Numbered from the stretch's first letter, positions 21,289 through 31,929 are shown. The stretch: 64,000 nucleotides of DNA from Gammaproteobacteria bacterium (GCA_030595795.1 JAUVCH010000008.1:3282-67281); one strand, 5' to 3'. The notes: generated from the letters alone by a model not told the origin. A program made the numbers and translations.

Positions 21289-22002
21289 ATGAACTTTTCT
21301 CGCTTTAAGCTGTTAATCGGCGGATTACTGTTAGTACTTGGCCTGAGCGCATGTCACGAAAAGGATACCGAATCAACCACAACCCCGGAAACCAATACGA
21401 TGCAAGAACTAAGCACCGATGCCGACAAATTCAGTTATGCCCTCGGCATGATGATTGGCGAACGCGTACTAAAACAGTACGGCGAAGTCGAATACGACAC
21501 CCTGTTAGCAGGCATGAAAGCTCAACACCAGGGTATGGATACATTATTGGAGATCGCAGAAGCGGGTGAGACTCTCGCCGCGCACCAGGAACAGTCAGCA
21601 AAAGCCGGGAGCGCTGAAACAATCGCCAAAGGCGAAGCGTTCCTAAAGTCGAATGCCGAGGCTGAAGGCGTCACAGTAACCGAATCGGGTCTACAATACT
21701 CTGTTATCACCGCAGCAGAAGGCGACAACCCCGCTGCAACAAACTCGGTCACCGTACACTACCGAGGCACTTTACTCGATGGCACCGAATTCGACAGCTC
21801 TATTGCTCGTGGCGAACCCGCGACGTTTCAACTCAACCAAGTCATCCCCGGCTGGACCGAAGGTGTACAGTTGATGAGCGTCGGCAGCAAATTCAAGTTT
21901 GTCATTCCTTATCAGTTGGCTTATGGCGAAAACGGTGCCGGTGCCAGCATTGGACCTTATGAAACTCTGATATTCGAAGTCGAACTCATCTCTATTAACT
22001 AA
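21289..22002 (+). CDS. FKBP-type peptidyl-prolyl cis-trans isomerase (FkpA/FklB-like), lipoprotein signal
   Basis: 237 aa; signal peptide with LSAC; C-terminal FKBP domain ([29 protein letters not shown]). Confidence 0.85.
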   Translation: MNFSRFKLLIGGLLLVLGLSACHEKDTESTTTPETNTMQELSTDADKFSYALGMMIGERVLKQYGEVEYDTLLAGMKAQHQGMDTLLEIAEAGETLAAHQEQSAKAGSAETIAKGEAFLKSNAEAEGVTVTESGLQYSVITAAEGDNPAATNSVTVHYRGTLLDGTEFDSSIARGEPATFQLNQVIPGWTEGVQLMSVGSKFKFVIPYQLAYGENGAGASIGPYETLIFEVELISIN

Positions 22003-22011
22003 TCAGGAACA

Positions 22012-22038
22012 CCGCCCGCCGATTCATTCGGCGGGCGG
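22012..22038 (+). terminator. GC-rich 11-bp perfect stem hairpin (ccgcccgccga-ttcat-tcggcgggcgg) between the FKBP gene and the DMT transporter start
   Basis: Read from sequence. Ends 4 nt before the ATG at 22043, so it may also occlude the downstream translation start. Confidence 0.5.
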
Positions 22039-22042
22039 TATC

Positions 22043-22948
22043 ATGTTCAACGCCTCCCTCTTTTTTCGACTAGCCCCATTCATCTTCGTGATGATCTGGA
22101 GTACAGGCTTTATCGCCGCCAAATACAGTATGGCAAACGCAGACCCATTCGTTTTTCTGTGTTTAAGGTTTTCGATTACGGCCATCGTCATCATACCGAT
22201 CCTGCTGGCATTCAAATTTCCATTCCCAAAAAGTTTCTGGGCGCATCGTCATGACATGGTCAGCGGTATACTGATTCATTGCGGGTATCTGGGTTTTGTA
22301 TTCTGGCCAATAAAACTCGGAGTCCCATCCGGCATAGTCGCCATTATTATTGGCATTCAACCTATCATCACCATGACCCTCTCCAGCCTCTATATTGGAG
22401 AAAAAATAAATGCACGCAACATATCTGGATTGTTGATTGGTTTCGTAGGCGTCGCAGTCGTTCTCACCGGCAAATATGGCTTCAACCTCGGATTAAATGG
22501 CGGCCTGACCTGGTTCGAAATTATGCTATGCATTATCAGCCTGCTTTGTATGGCTATCGGCGTGTTTTATCAGAAAAAGTTTTCCGGAAAGTCCAACCTG
22601 TTCACCGGGACCTTTATGCAATATCTCGGTGCCTCACTGGCAACAGCTGCGATGGCTTTTGTACTGAATGAAAGTTGGGTAATCGACTGGACCCCAACCT
22701 TCGTCAAAGCACTAATCTGGCAGGTGCTGGGGCTTTCTATCGGAGCAGTAGTCATACTGATGATGATAATCCAGCGCGGTGAAGCCGGTCGTATTTCCAG
22801 CATGTTTTATCTGGTTCCACCCCTGGTTGTTATCGAAGCACATTACCTGTTCGGAGAAACACTGGGCGTGGTATCAGTCATCGGTATGTTGATGTGTGTA
22901 GCCGGGGTTTATTTTGTTAATCGGCCAGGTAAAACATCGAGCGCTTAA
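22043..22948 (+). CDS. DMT-superfamily (EamA) transporter
   Basis: 301 aa; about 10 transmembrane helices; duplicated EamA pattern. Confidence 0.8.
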   Translation: MFNASLFFRLAPFIFVMIWSTGFIAAKYSMANADPFVFLCLRFSITAIVIIPILLAFKFPFPKSFWAHRHDMVSGILIHCGYLGFVFWPIKLGVPSGIVAIIIGIQPIITMTLSSLYIGEKINARNISGLLIGFVGVAVVLTGKYGFNLGLNGGLTWFEIMLCIISLLCMAIGVFYQKKFSGKSNLFTGTFMQYLGASLATAAMAFVLNESWVIDWTPTFVKALIWQVLGLSIGAVVILMMIIQRGEAGRISSMFYLVPPLVVIEAHYLFGETLGVVSVIGMLMCVAGVYFVNRPGKTSSA

Positions 22949-22992
22949 TACTCTGCTATAGTGAGTGAGAATAAATACCGAAAAGAATCCAT

Positions 22993-23469
22993 ATGGACCT
23001 CAGGAATTTAATACTCCCCCTCCTCGCACTAACGCTGCTTTTCCCTCTATCATCAAACAGCGCCGAGTTATATAAATGGATCGATGACAACGGCAACGTC
23101 CACTATGGCGACAACCCCCCGGAAAAGGCCGACCTCCGACAAATCACCGGGGCTATCACCAGTTTTGAAACGGTAGAAGTTGAAGCCTTCAAGTTTGATT
23201 CATCATTAGTCACGTCCACCAGTAAATCCAGAACAAAACCTGTCGTTATGTACTCAACCAGTTGGTGTGGTTACTGCAAAAAAGCCCGACAGCACTTCAC
23301 CCGAAATAATATTCCCTTCAAGGAATACGACATCGAGAAATCAGAAAAAGCAGCGAAAGAATATAAAAAGCTCAATGGGCGTGGCGTACCAGTCATATTA
23401 ATTGGAAAGAAAAGAATGAACGGCTTTAACGCGGGATCCTTTGATAGGATTTACTACGGGAAATCATGA
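22993..23469 (+). CDS. DUF4124 plus glutaredoxin-domain protein, secreted
   Basis: Signal peptide; LYKWIDDNGNVHYGDNPP (DUF4124); C-terminal VVMYSTSWCGYCKKA glutaredoxin motif. Confidence 0.7.
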   Translation: MDLRNLILPLLALTLLFPLSSNSAELYKWIDDNGNVHYGDNPPEKADLRQITGAITSFETVEVEAFKFDSSLVTSTSKSRTKPVVMYSTSWCGYCKKARQHFTRNNIPFKEYDIEKSEKAAKEYKKLNGRGVPVILIGKKRMNGFNAGSFDRIYYGKS

Positions 23470-23492
23470 GTGGGATGATACCTATCCCATCG

Positions 23493-23816
23493 TGATCAAA
23501 TCCTGGCGTAACAAATGGCACCAGCTATAGGCTTATTTAAAATATCCAGAACCGATCCGCAGAATCATTTATACAACCAATGCAGTCGAAGCAGTCTATC
23601 GCCAGTTTCGCAAACTAACGAAAACCAAGGGTGCCTTCCCGAACGAAAGCAGCTTGTTAAAATTACTCTACGCAGGCATATTGAATGCGACAGAGAAATG
23701 GAGAGCCTGCCCCGTGTAGCGCTTTGGGTACAATGCCGATCCAGAACTGGAGCCAAGCACTATCTCAACTGAGTATTTATTTTGAAGGCCGCCTCGATGG
23801 CGTGCTGGAAATTTAA
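23493..23816 (+). pseudogene. C-terminal remnant (about 105 aa) of an IS256-family (mutator-type) transposase, with an in-frame stop and a frameshift
   Basis: Translation gives PIRRIIYTTNAVEAVYRQFRKLTKTKGAFPNESSLLKLLYAGILNATEKW, then after a shift NWSQALSQLSIYFEGRL. These are IS256 transposase C-terminal signatures. No N-terminal two-thirds is present. Confidence 0.6.
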
Positions 23817-23901
23817 ATCAACCCTGACACAGAATTTTGAACGGCCTCTTTTGTGGGATTTGGATTACATTCAGGTACGAAAAGCAGCGGTGTAGCACTC
23901 C

Positions 23902-24354
23902 TCAGCAGGCATTATAAGCAGCCCTCATAGCCCAGCTTGACCCGACCAAACTCCACGAATGCTTGTATTTCCCAACGGATATAGTTAATAAGCTACCATT
24001 TCGAAGTTGCTGAACAATACCTGATGGAATCTTTTGTTTCAGAACCCAAAGCCCAGGAAGCCAATTAACGGTTTTAACGTAATCAAGCGAAAGAGCCCAC
24101 CCCGAATAATTGTCTACCTTCAATATAGCTTTGGTATTTTCGGTATTTTCCGAAAGACTTTGATCACGCAAAGATCCATCGAGCAATAGACTCGCGGTAT
24201 GGCAATTCTCCGCCCTGTTAAATGCTATTAAAATGGGTTGCTTCCCGGTGGTATCGTATGTCCCTACTCCCGAAATTTCGCTACCAAACTCCTGATACCA
24301 GGACATGGCACCTGATGAAGAAAGAATAAGCATGCTGAAAAAGAGCCAACGCAT
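23902..24354 (-). CDS. Hypothetical exported protein
   Basis: 150 aa ORF with hydrophobic N-terminus; no recognizable domain. Confidence 0.4.
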   Translation of the reverse strand: MRWLFFSMLILSSSGAMSWYQEFGSEISGVGTYDTTGKQPILIAFNRAENCHTASLLLDGSLRDQSLSENTENTKAILKVDNYSGWALSLDYVKTVNWLPGLWVLKQKIPSGIVQQLRNGSLLTISVGKYKHSWSLVGSSWAMRAAYNAC

Positions 24355-24627
24355 AATTTTTCTGATTTTTTATACAGCTGCTATGATAACCCATAATACA
24401 ACTGGAAAGTTACACTACGGTAACGGTGGGAGCGCTCAGGGTTTTTGGTTGCTCGGTCGTACGGTTCGACTTAGCAGAATTATTCTGCTTTTTTTGCTCG
24501 AACGGCTTTATCGGTATGTGTCTTTTACCATCTAATACTTCTACACAGATGCCGTGATTTTGCGGTTGAGATTTTGTTTCGAATTCGATTTCGCTTAAAC
24601 AGTAGCGGAGGCACAGTTAGTATCATA

Positions 24628-25116
24628 TTATTTCCTCCGAAAATCCCAAGGCGGCATAGCAGGGTAAGCCCATAGCCCTATTGTACGCTCTCTGGCGACG
24701 ATTTCAGCAGGGCTATACAAGATACGGTCTATCTCAGATTGGTCTTTCTGGAAATACTTATAGTGCCAGGCATAACCTTGTTTAACCTGTATCAGATTAA
24801 TATCCTGACCATTCTTAATTAGTTTACCGATAATCTGTCCGTAACGATCCTGCTTACTGTATTCGACTTTGACATATTTACCGGCTATAAGGCTAACTAG
24901 ATTTTCTTTAGACTTCTTTCCGAATGCCTGCTTCTTTTCTGGCGCATCGATACCGCCTAGTCTGATTTTATGTTTTGTTTTTACCTGATCAAGTACATGA
25001 ACAGTATTACCATCAGAGACCTTAACAACTTTGCAGGGGCAGTCGAGAAAATCTGATATCGCTATCTCTGGGATGAAGGCGAAAAGCATTAATAGTAAAG
25101 ATATTTTGCTGTTCAT
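24628..25116 (-). CDS. Secreted thermonuclease (staphylococcal-nuclease/SNase-like)
   Basis: 162 aa; signal peptide; SNase motifs (GNTVHVL, RLGGIDAPE, YGQIIGKLI, KQGYAWHYKY). Confidence 0.75.
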   Translation of the reverse strand: MNSKISLLLMLFAFIPEIAISDFLDCPCKVVKVSDGNTVHVLDQVKTKHKIRLGGIDAPEKKQAFGKKSKENLVSLIAGKYVKVEYSKQDRYGQIIGKLIKNGQDINLIQVKQGYAWHYKYFQKDQSEIDRILYSPAEIVARERTIGLWAYPAMPPWDFRRK

Positions 25117-25245
25117 TTAGGCATGATATAGTCCACTTCAATTAATAACCACTAGTCTAATATCAGATTGAATTTGTTGGTTATTCCGTATTATTCTCCG
25201 TACAGACTGGATTAAAACAGCATAAGTTATTGATTTATATGTATT

Positions 25246-25322
25246 CGGGGTGTAGCTCAGCCTGGTAGAGCGCTGCCTTCGGGAGGCAGAGGTCGTAGGT
25301 TCGAATCCTGCCTCCCCGACCA
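25246..25322 (+). tRNA. tRNA-Pro (anticodon CGG)
   Basis: 77-nt cloverleaf: D-arm AGCCTGGTAGAGC, anticodon stem-loop CTGCC-TTCGGGA-GGCAG, T-arm GGTTCGAATCC, 3' ACCA. Close to E. coli proK architecture. Confidence 0.8.
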
Positions 25323-25428
25323 ATTACAAATAATTCTATCTAATGATCCTCCAAAATTTCACTACTAGAAGGAAACTCATTAAACTATTTCAGGTCAAAC
25401 CCTCACATCAACCCAAACAGGTGTTGCC

Positions 25429-25986
25429 ATGTTCAGAATAATCTCACCCCCATCATCTCTGATATTTCTCATTGCATTGCTAACAGGCTGTGCCAGTGGC
25501 ACTTATTCAACGGGGTATGATCGACCTGCTGTGAAACCGGGATGGTACGTGCAAATCCACCATGAATATCAAATTCCGAATCAATTTGCCCGCGTCCATT
25601 TCCAGAATGGTAAGCAGGTTATTGAAGACAATATCGACCGATTTACACCTCATTGCAGTATTTTGATGCAGGATATTCATGAGGTAGGCCAGTCTCAACA
25701 GAAGGTCTTTCCTGGTCGTTTTTACATCAGCAAAGTCATAGAAAGTAATGATTATCGATTCGGGCGAACCTATGTCGCATCGTTAAACTGGGAACACGAT
25801 GGGCCGCCGAGCAATGTCGATTACCAACTTGATATGCGTCTTAGTTCTAGCGAACAGACCGGTGTTCGCTCGTTAATATGCGTCAAAAATATTAACGATT
25901 ATGTAGCTTATAATCGTCGATACCCCAACTTATCCGAGATTAAGATGGCATTGGGGGATTTGATCGATATCGAGTCATCAGAATAA
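25429..25986 (+). CDS. Hypothetical lipoprotein
   Basis: 185 aa; lipobox LLTGC; no recognized domain. Confidence 0.5.
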   Translation: MFRIISPPSSLIFLIALLTGCASGTYSTGYDRPAVKPGWYVQIHHEYQIPNQFARVHFQNGKQVIEDNIDRFTPHCSILMQDIHEVGQSQQKVFPGRFYISKVIESNDYRFGRTYVASLNWEHDGPPSNVDYQLDMRLSSSEQTGVRSLICVKNINDYVAYNRRYPNLSEIKMALGDLIDIESSE

Positions 25987-25992
25987 TAGTAG

Positions 25993-26805
25993 CTAGTAAT
26001 CGACCAGTCGGTCTTTTAGAAACGTATATTGCTCACGAGCATCATTTATCGCCCGGTGGTCGAGCGTCAGAAAGTGAAAATCTTCGTCATGGCTGGCAAA
26101 GCCTGTCGCGGGATGGTTTTCGTCTATCCAGGGCGGACAGAAAATAGAATCTCCGTAATCGTCTCCTGCGCGATTGAGGCTTAGCAGGTAGAGCTGATTT
26201 TCCAGTGCGCGAGTCGTCGTGAATGCATGCCAACTAGCAAACGATTCATCACGAAAATAAGCGCCGCAGTGCAGAATACAATCGACATCGTGGTCAATCG
26301 TCAGCGTCCGGCTTAGCTCAGGTATGCGGATGTCGTAGCAAATGATTGGCGCGAAACGAAATCCGGCTACCTCGAATATTGTTAATCCATTTCCGCGCTG
26401 AAAATACTCCTTCTCCATAGAAGCACCGTACTGGCAGATATGTAACTTGTCATAACAACCCAGTAGCTCGCCATCTTGATCGAGCGCAATTTGCGAGATA
26501 ACAAAATAATCGTCTATTTTTCGTGGCATTCCAAAGACTACGGCAACACTATATTTAGCCGCCATTTCACGCATCAAACTAACACTTTGACCATCAAGAG
26601 TTTCAGCTAAAGAGCCAAGCTGATCAAAAGAATCACGAGAGTATTCAATAGTAGATAGCTCCGGCAATACCACCAGATCGGCCTCTTGTTCGGACAGCCT
26701 TTCTGAAATTTTCTCCACCAGGGTAGCTACATGCTTTTGTCGATCTTCGGTTGTACGAGTAACGGGCACCGAGATCTGGCAGGCAAGCAGCTTACAGTTA
26801 CCCAT
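25993..26805 (-). CDS. Carbon-nitrogen hydrolase family protein (nitrilase/amidase superfamily)
   Basis: 270 aa; E-K-C triad context (..EL.., ..CYD..); last gene of the minus-strand operon with the ligase and dehydrogenase. Confidence 0.75.
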   Translation of the reverse strand: MGNCKLLACQISVPVTRTTEDRQKHVATLVEKISERLSEQEADLVVLPELSTIEYSRDSFDQLGSLAETLDGQSVSLMREMAAKYSVAVVFGMPRKIDDYFVISQIALDQDGELLGCYDKLHICQYGASMEKEYFQRGNGLTIFEVAGFRFAPIICYDIRIPELSRTLTIDHDVDCILHCGAYFRDESFASWHAFTTTRALENQLYLLSLNRAGDDYGDSIFCPPWIDENHPATGFASHDEDFHFLTLDHRAINDAREQYTFLKDRLVDY

Positions 26806-28891
26806 CGATTTCTCGAATCATGACATCTGCCGCAATCGCTTTTTCTCTGGTTACCATTAAGGGATTGATATCCATTTCCAGCAGAGTCTGATGCCTGCTT
26901 TGTGCAAATCTGGCAATAGATAGAATAGTTTCTAGTAACTGATCGAGGTCGCAGGCTGGCTTACCGCGAAAACCGTTTAACAAAGGAAAGATGCGTAAGC
27001 CCTTGAGCGCGAGTAGCACTCGTTCTCTACTTGTGGGTAACAATAAAGTGGCAGAGTCTTCGAGAATCTCTACCAGCACACCGCCGCTGGCTATTACTAG
27101 CATCTGGCCAAACTGGGGGTCGGTTTTTATGCCAATGAGTAATTCGGCGAGCACATCGGTAACCATCGCCTCCACCAGGAACTGGCTTACTTCCAGGTCT
27201 GGTGATTTGCTTTTGATTGACTGCTTGATATCAACCATCGCAGCTTCCACCGACTGTCGATCCAACAGGTTAACTTTAACGGCACCAAATTCGGACTTAT
27301 GCGGTATTTCGGCACTCACTGCTTTAACAACCAAAGGATACCCAATGTCGTCAACAGCTTCATCGACTGTTAAACAAAGTTGCCCCTGTGGAATCGCTAT
27401 GCCTTGAGACTGTATTAGTTGTTTGGCTGACCATTCGTCAACAATATGACTATCAGCAGTCAATTCTGGAGTATTTATTCGCTCGAAGTCGTTCTCTTCA
27501 TTGGCAGTAAAAATAGCCTGACGACGAACACCATATTCACAGGCGTTCAGCAGCGCATCTAATCCCGAATCGATACCCTGCAATGGGGTCACATTTTTCG
27601 CTATCATCATTTCACGAGATTCGCGATCAATATTCTCTGGCAAATCACTGCAAACCGCGCCGGGGATGCCGAGCTCATTACAGGCCTGCATAAACGACCG
27701 AGCGTCGTTACGATACAGAGTGTTGTCTTCGTGAATATGCGGGGGCGGAAAATCCTGGATAACAATAGCCGCATCGTATTCATCCTTGATCAGCGCCTTG
27801 AAGACCTCTGGCATTACTTCGGTATTACCCCACAGTGGAGTGGTGTAATCGAGCGGGTTAGAGACGGTGGCAATATCCGGTAATAGCTTTGTTAGTTGTG
27901 CTCGAGCTTTTTTTGATGGCTGCGGTAACTGTAGTCCGACTTTATCGCAATAATCCGCCAACAAAGCCGCGTCTCCACCAGAGCAGGTAAATGCCGCGAT
28001 TCTTTTACCTGTCGGCGCGCCTGAAACCGAGAGAAACTTCAAAGTCTCTAGCAACTCGACAGGAGAATCGACACGGACTATGCCAAGTTGATCGAACAAA
28101 GCCTGGAAAGCCTCATCCGTGCCAGCCAAAGAGCCTGTGTGACTCACTGTCAGGCCCGAGGCCAATGAGGAACGTCCGGCCTTTAAAATCACCAATGGCT
28201 TATTGGCCTTTAGAGCCTTGATCGAGGCTGCTGCAAACTTTTCGATGGACTTGATGCCTTCGATATAAATGCCGATTGCAGTGACACGAGGATCATCAAC
28301 CAGCAAATCGATATAATCTTCGATGGTCAATACCGCCTGATTACCAGCCGATATCACATAGCTAATCGGCACCGAGCGATCATTCATCGTCAAATTCGCC
28401 GGGATCATGCCGCTTTGCATGATGATGGCGATGCCTTTTTCGCAACGCGTATTACCTGCGCCAAAAGGCCATAGAAAGGCACCATTGGTATAGTTAATTA
28501 GTCCGTAACAATTCGGGCCGACTAGCGCCATGTTGCCAGCCGCTGCAATTAATTCCTGCTCGACTGCCTGACCTTTATCACCGAGTTCACCATAACCGGC
28601 GGTAAAACAGGCCACACCACCGGCACCCAATTCACTGAGTTGTTGAATGATCGGAATTGTTGCGCTTCGCGGCGTCGCTAAAAAAACCGCATCGGGTGCT
28701 TCGGGCAAATCGTTGACCGAAGCGTAGCAGGGCAAGCCGCCCAGGAATTCTCGTTTTGGATTAACACCCCAGACTGGCCCGTCGAATTGGGCCGCACATT
28801 GTCGTGCGCTGAAATCGGCATCGGCACCACCGATGAAGGCAATGTGGCGAGGATTGAGTAAGCGCTGTAAGTTATCCGCCAGCGACGACAT
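26798..28891 (-). CDS. ADP/NDP-forming acyl-CoA synthetase (CoA-binding plus ATP-grasp, acetate--CoA ligase [ADP-forming] family)
   Basis: 697 aa; N-terminal CoA-binding HIAFIGGA, succinyl-CoA-synthetase-like core, C-terminal ATP-grasp. Confidence 0.8.
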   Translation of the reverse strand: MSSLADNLQRLLNPRHIAFIGGADADFSARQCAAQFDGPVWGVNPKREFLGGLPCYASVNDLPEAPDAVFLATPRSATIPIIQQLSELGAGGVACFTAGYGELGDKGQAVEQELIAAAGNMALVGPNCYGLINYTNGAFLWPFGAGNTRCEKGIAIIMQSGMIPANLTMNDRSVPISYVISAGNQAVLTIEDYIDLLVDDPRVTAIGIYIEGIKSIEKFAAASIKALKANKPLVILKAGRSSLASGLTVSHTGSLAGTDEAFQALFDQLGIVRVDSPVELLETLKFLSVSGAPTGKRIAAFTCSGGDAALLADYCDKVGLQLPQPSKKARAQLTKLLPDIATVSNPLDYTTPLWGNTEVMPEVFKALIKDEYDAAIVIQDFPPPHIHEDNTLYRNDARSFMQACNELGIPGAVCSDLPENIDRESREMMIAKNVTPLQGIDSGLDALLNACEYGVRRQAIFTANEENDFERINTPELTADSHIVDEWSAKQLIQSQGIAIPQGQLCLTVDEAVDDIGYPLVVKAVSAEIPHKSEFGAVKVNLLDRQSVEAAMVDIKQSIKSKSPDLEVSQFLVEAMVTDVLAELLIGIKTDPQFGQMLVIASGGVLVEILEDSATLLLPTSRERVLLALKGLRIFPLLNGFRGKPACDLDQLLETILSIARFAQSRHQTLLEMDINPLMVTREKAIAADVMIREIDG

Positions 28892-30051
28892 CAGGATTCA
28901 TATTCGCGTAGCAGAGACCTTGAAATAATATGCCTTTGAATTTCCGAAGTACCGTCCCAGATGCGATCCAGGCGAGCATCGCGCCAGAGTCGCTCGATGG
29001 GTAGTTCTTCCATTAACCCCATGCCACCGTAAATCTGGATAGTGCTATCAGCCGCCCTGCCAACAGCCTCTGAAGCAAATAACTTTGCTTTGGCTGCGTC
29101 GTCGGGTTCCATAATTCCCTGGTCCGCCTTATCGGCTGCATGCATCACCAGTAAATCGGCGGCCTGTAAATCGGTCGCCATGTCGGCGAGCTTGAACGAA
29201 GTACCCTGGAATTTACCAATCGACTGGCCGAACTGTTTGCGCTCGACTGCGTAGCTAGTCGCCAGGTCGAGTAAACGTTCCATCTTGCCGCAGGCTGCGG
29301 CGGCTACCCAGACTCGACCCATTTTTAACCACTTATCGGCTAACTCGAAACCTTCGCCTTCCTTACCCAGAATTTGACTCTCCGGCACACGACACTGCTG
29401 AAACGATAACTGCCAGGTATGGTAAGCACGTTGTGCGGCGCAACGTGGGCCTCGTTCGATATTAAATCCAGGTGTATCACGGTCGATTAAAAACGCAGTG
29501 ACCAGTTTTCGCTCACCGCGCTTCGTTTGTTTAACGCCAGTCAAGGCAAATAGAATGGCGAAATCAGGAATGACTGGACTGCTGATGAAGTGCTTGGAAC
29601 CATTAATGACAAAATCACTGCCATCGCGAACGGCTTTGGTGGTCATGGAAAGAATGTCGGAGCCAGCACCCGGTTCGGTAAGCGCGAATACTTCTTTCTT
29701 TTTACCGGTAACACAGGGATTTAAATAATTTTCGATTTGATCGCCCCGGCAGGCCAGGAGTATTTCAGAAGGCCGGTGGATATAGCCGTGCAAACCATAA
29801 CTGGTCTTTCCCAGTTCACGTTCGAACAACGCCAGGGTTTTGTAATCGAGCCCACCGCCGCCGATCTCCTCGGGCAAATTTGGCGCGTAAAAACCCATTT
29901 CTAATGCACGCGACTTAATCTGCTGACCCAGTTCTTCGGGCACTTCGCCAGTGCGATCAACTTCAGCCTCGTAAGGCTCCAGTTCTTTCTCTCGAAAAGC
30001 GCGTAAAGAGCGCACAATCATGTCCTGTTCGGCGGTTAGATTATAGTTCAT
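28891..30051 (-). CDS. Acyl-CoA dehydrogenase (CaiA-like)
   Basis: 386 aa; ACAD N/M/C domains; catalytic region IYGGMG...ERLWRDAR. Confidence 0.85.
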   Translation of the reverse strand: MNYNLTAEQDMIVRSLRAFREKELEPYEAEVDRTGEVPEELGQQIKSRALEMGFYAPNLPEEIGGGGLDYKTLALFERELGKTSYGLHGYIHRPSEILLACRGDQIENYLNPCVTGKKKEVFALTEPGAGSDILSMTTKAVRDGSDFVINGSKHFISSPVIPDFAILFALTGVKQTKRGERKLVTAFLIDRDTPGFNIERGPRCAAQRAYHTWQLSFQQCRVPESQILGKEGEGFELADKWLKMGRVWVAAAACGKMERLLDLATSYAVERKQFGQSIGKFQGTSFKLADMATDLQAADLLVMHAADKADQGIMEPDDAAKAKLFASEAVGRAADSTIQIYGGMGLMEELPIERLWRDARLDRIWDGTSEIQRHIISRSLLREYES

Positions 30052-30150
30052 GGCGTTAAATTTTATTTCAGTACAGGCACTTCATGTTATACCAATTTAA
30101 TGTCAAGTCTACTACACTGCGCTCGGTTATTATTGACGCGAGTAAGACGA

Positions 30151-30963
30151 ATGATTCCCGGAGATGACGAAGTTCAGGTAAGCGTAGACGGCACCATTAT
30201 GGTGATCACCATCAACCGCCCAAAAGCCAATGCGATTGATTTACCGACCAGTCGAAAGCTCGGCGAAGCCTTCGTCTATTTCCGCGATAACCCCGATCTA
30301 AAAGTGGCTATCATCACCGGCGCAGGAGAGAAAATATTCTGTGCAGGTTGGGACCTAAAGGCCCTCGATAGCGGCGATACCCCACTGGACAACTGGTGGG
30401 AAGCCGAAGACCCCGAACTCGGCGGTTTCGCCGGAATCACCGAAATGTGGAACCTCAACAAGCCAGTCATCGCTGCATTAAACGGCTTAACCATTGGTGG
30501 CGGATTTGAAATCGCGCTGGCCTGCGATCTCATCATCGCTGCCGACCATGTCGAATTCGCGCTGCCCGAATTGCCACTGGGTTTAATCCCCGATGCGGGC
30601 GCAGTACAGCGTTTGCCCAAACGTCTGCCCTATAACATCGCGCTCGAAATGCTTTATCTGGGTCGCAGAATGCCGGCTGCCGAGGCTGCATCTTATGGCT
30701 TGATTAATAAGGTAGTTCCTGCCAGTGATTTAATGAGCGCTGCACGCGAATGGGCCGAGAAAATGTCGCAGGTCGCGCCGCTGGCATTGCAATCTATCAA
30801 AGAAGTATTACGCGCAATCGAAGGCGAGACCGTCGAAAATTCGTTTAACAAGATGCGCTACGACGATCTACCAACCTATAAGGCCATGCTCTCATCCGAC
30901 GATGCTGGCGAAGGTGTCAAAGCTTTCGTCGAAAAACGCGATGCGAAGTTTAAGGGGAATTAA
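30151..30963 (+). CDS. Crotonase-family carnitinyl-CoA dehydratase-like enzyme (CaiD-like)
   Basis: INRPKANAIDL, GAGEKIFCAGWDLKA, GGFAGITEMWNLNKPVIAALNG, GGGFEIALACDLIIAADHVEFALPE and AFVEKRDAKFKG align closely with E. coli CaiD as recalled. The ATG at 30151 is preferred over the longer upstream ORF. Confidence 0.8.
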   Translation: MIPGDDEVQVSVDGTIMVITINRPKANAIDLPTSRKLGEAFVYFRDNPDLKVAIITGAGEKIFCAGWDLKALDSGDTPLDNWWEAEDPELGGFAGITEMWNLNKPVIAALNGLTIGGGFEIALACDLIIAADHVEFALPELPLGLIPDAGAVQRLPKRLPYNIALEMLYLGRRMPAAEAASYGLINKVVPASDLMSAAREWAEKMSQVAPLALQSIKEVLRAIEGETVENSFNKMRYDDLPTYKAMLSSDDAGEGVKAFVEKRDAKFKGN

Positions 30964-30966
30964 GTT

Positions 30967-31926
30967 ATGTTGAGCCAGAACCCCGAAGGCGTCCGGCGTA
31001 TTTGTTGCATCGGCGCCGGCCCCATCGGTGGCGGCTGGGCGGCACATTATCTGGCACAGGGTTACCTGGTGACCAGCTATCTGCACGATGCCTCCGAGCA
31101 CGAAGCACTAATGCGATTACTCGACACTGCCTGGGCGAGCTTAACCGAAATAGGTCTGGCCAAAGATGCTTCGCTGGATAATTTTAACTGGACCACGGAT
31201 CTTGCTGAAGCCACCGCCGATGCCGAGTTTATTCAGGAAAGCATTCCTGAAGTCCTCGAACTGAAACAGTCGCTATACCAGCAACTCGGCGACATAGTCG
31301 ATCCACAGGTCGTTATCGCTTCCAGCACTTCCGGGCTTTCTATGACCGACATTCAAGCTAAATGTGCGACACCTGAACGAACCGTAGTTGCTCACCCGTT
31401 CAATCCCCCTTACCTGCTTCCATTGGTGGAAATGATAGGTGGAGAAAAAACCTCACGGGACGCTGTCGAGTGGACCGAGAGATTCTACAAAGTCGCCGGT
31501 AAATCACCCTTAGTAATGAAAAAGGAAGTGCCCGGCTTTATCGCCACTCGTTTACAGGAAGCCATCTGGCGAGAAGCCCTGCACATGGTGCAAAACGGTG
31601 AAGCCACAGTTCAACAGATCGACCAGGCAGTCGTTAATGGCCCGGGCCCGCGTTGGGCGTTGATGGGCCCCTGCGAGATCTTCCATGTTGGTGGCGGTGA
31701 AGGCGGTATGGCCTATTGCCTCGATCAGTTTGGCCCGGCGCTGAAACTCCCCTGGACTCGCCTGATAGCGCCCGAATTAACCGACGAATTACGCAATACC
31801 ATGGTCGATGGCTGTGTCGAAATGACCGGCGGTCAGGACTTCGCCACACTAAGCCGCAAGATGAACGACGGCCTGGTCGAAATCGCGAAAATAAAACGCA
31901 AACAAAAATCTTATGAGGAGCCCTAA
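30967..31926 (+). CDS. L-carnitine dehydrogenase (3-hydroxyacyl-CoA dehydrogenase family)
   Basis: 319 aa; NAD Rossmann CCIGAGPIGGGWAAHY; 3HCDH N- and C-domains; size and context of CdhA/LcdH. Confidence 0.75.
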   Translation: MLSQNPEGVRRICCIGAGPIGGGWAAHYLAQGYLVTSYLHDASEHEALMRLLDTAWASLTEIGLAKDASLDNFNWTTDLAEATADAEFIQESIPEVLELKQSLYQQLGDIVDPQVVIASSTSGLSMTDIQAKCATPERTVVAHPFNPPYLLPLVEMIGGEKTSRDAVEWTERFYKVAGKSPLVMKKEVPGFIATRLQEAIWREALHMVQNGEATVQQIDQAVVNGPGPRWALMGPCEIFHVGGGEGGMAYCLDQFGPALKLPWTRLIAPELTDELRNTMVDGCVEMTGGQDFATLSRKMNDGLVEIAKIKRKQKSYEEP

Positions 31927-31929
31927 GCC

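Noticed and set aside
25138-25323. 61-aa minus-strand ORF
   Set aside because: It overlaps the tRNA-Pro gene and is not a plausible CDS.
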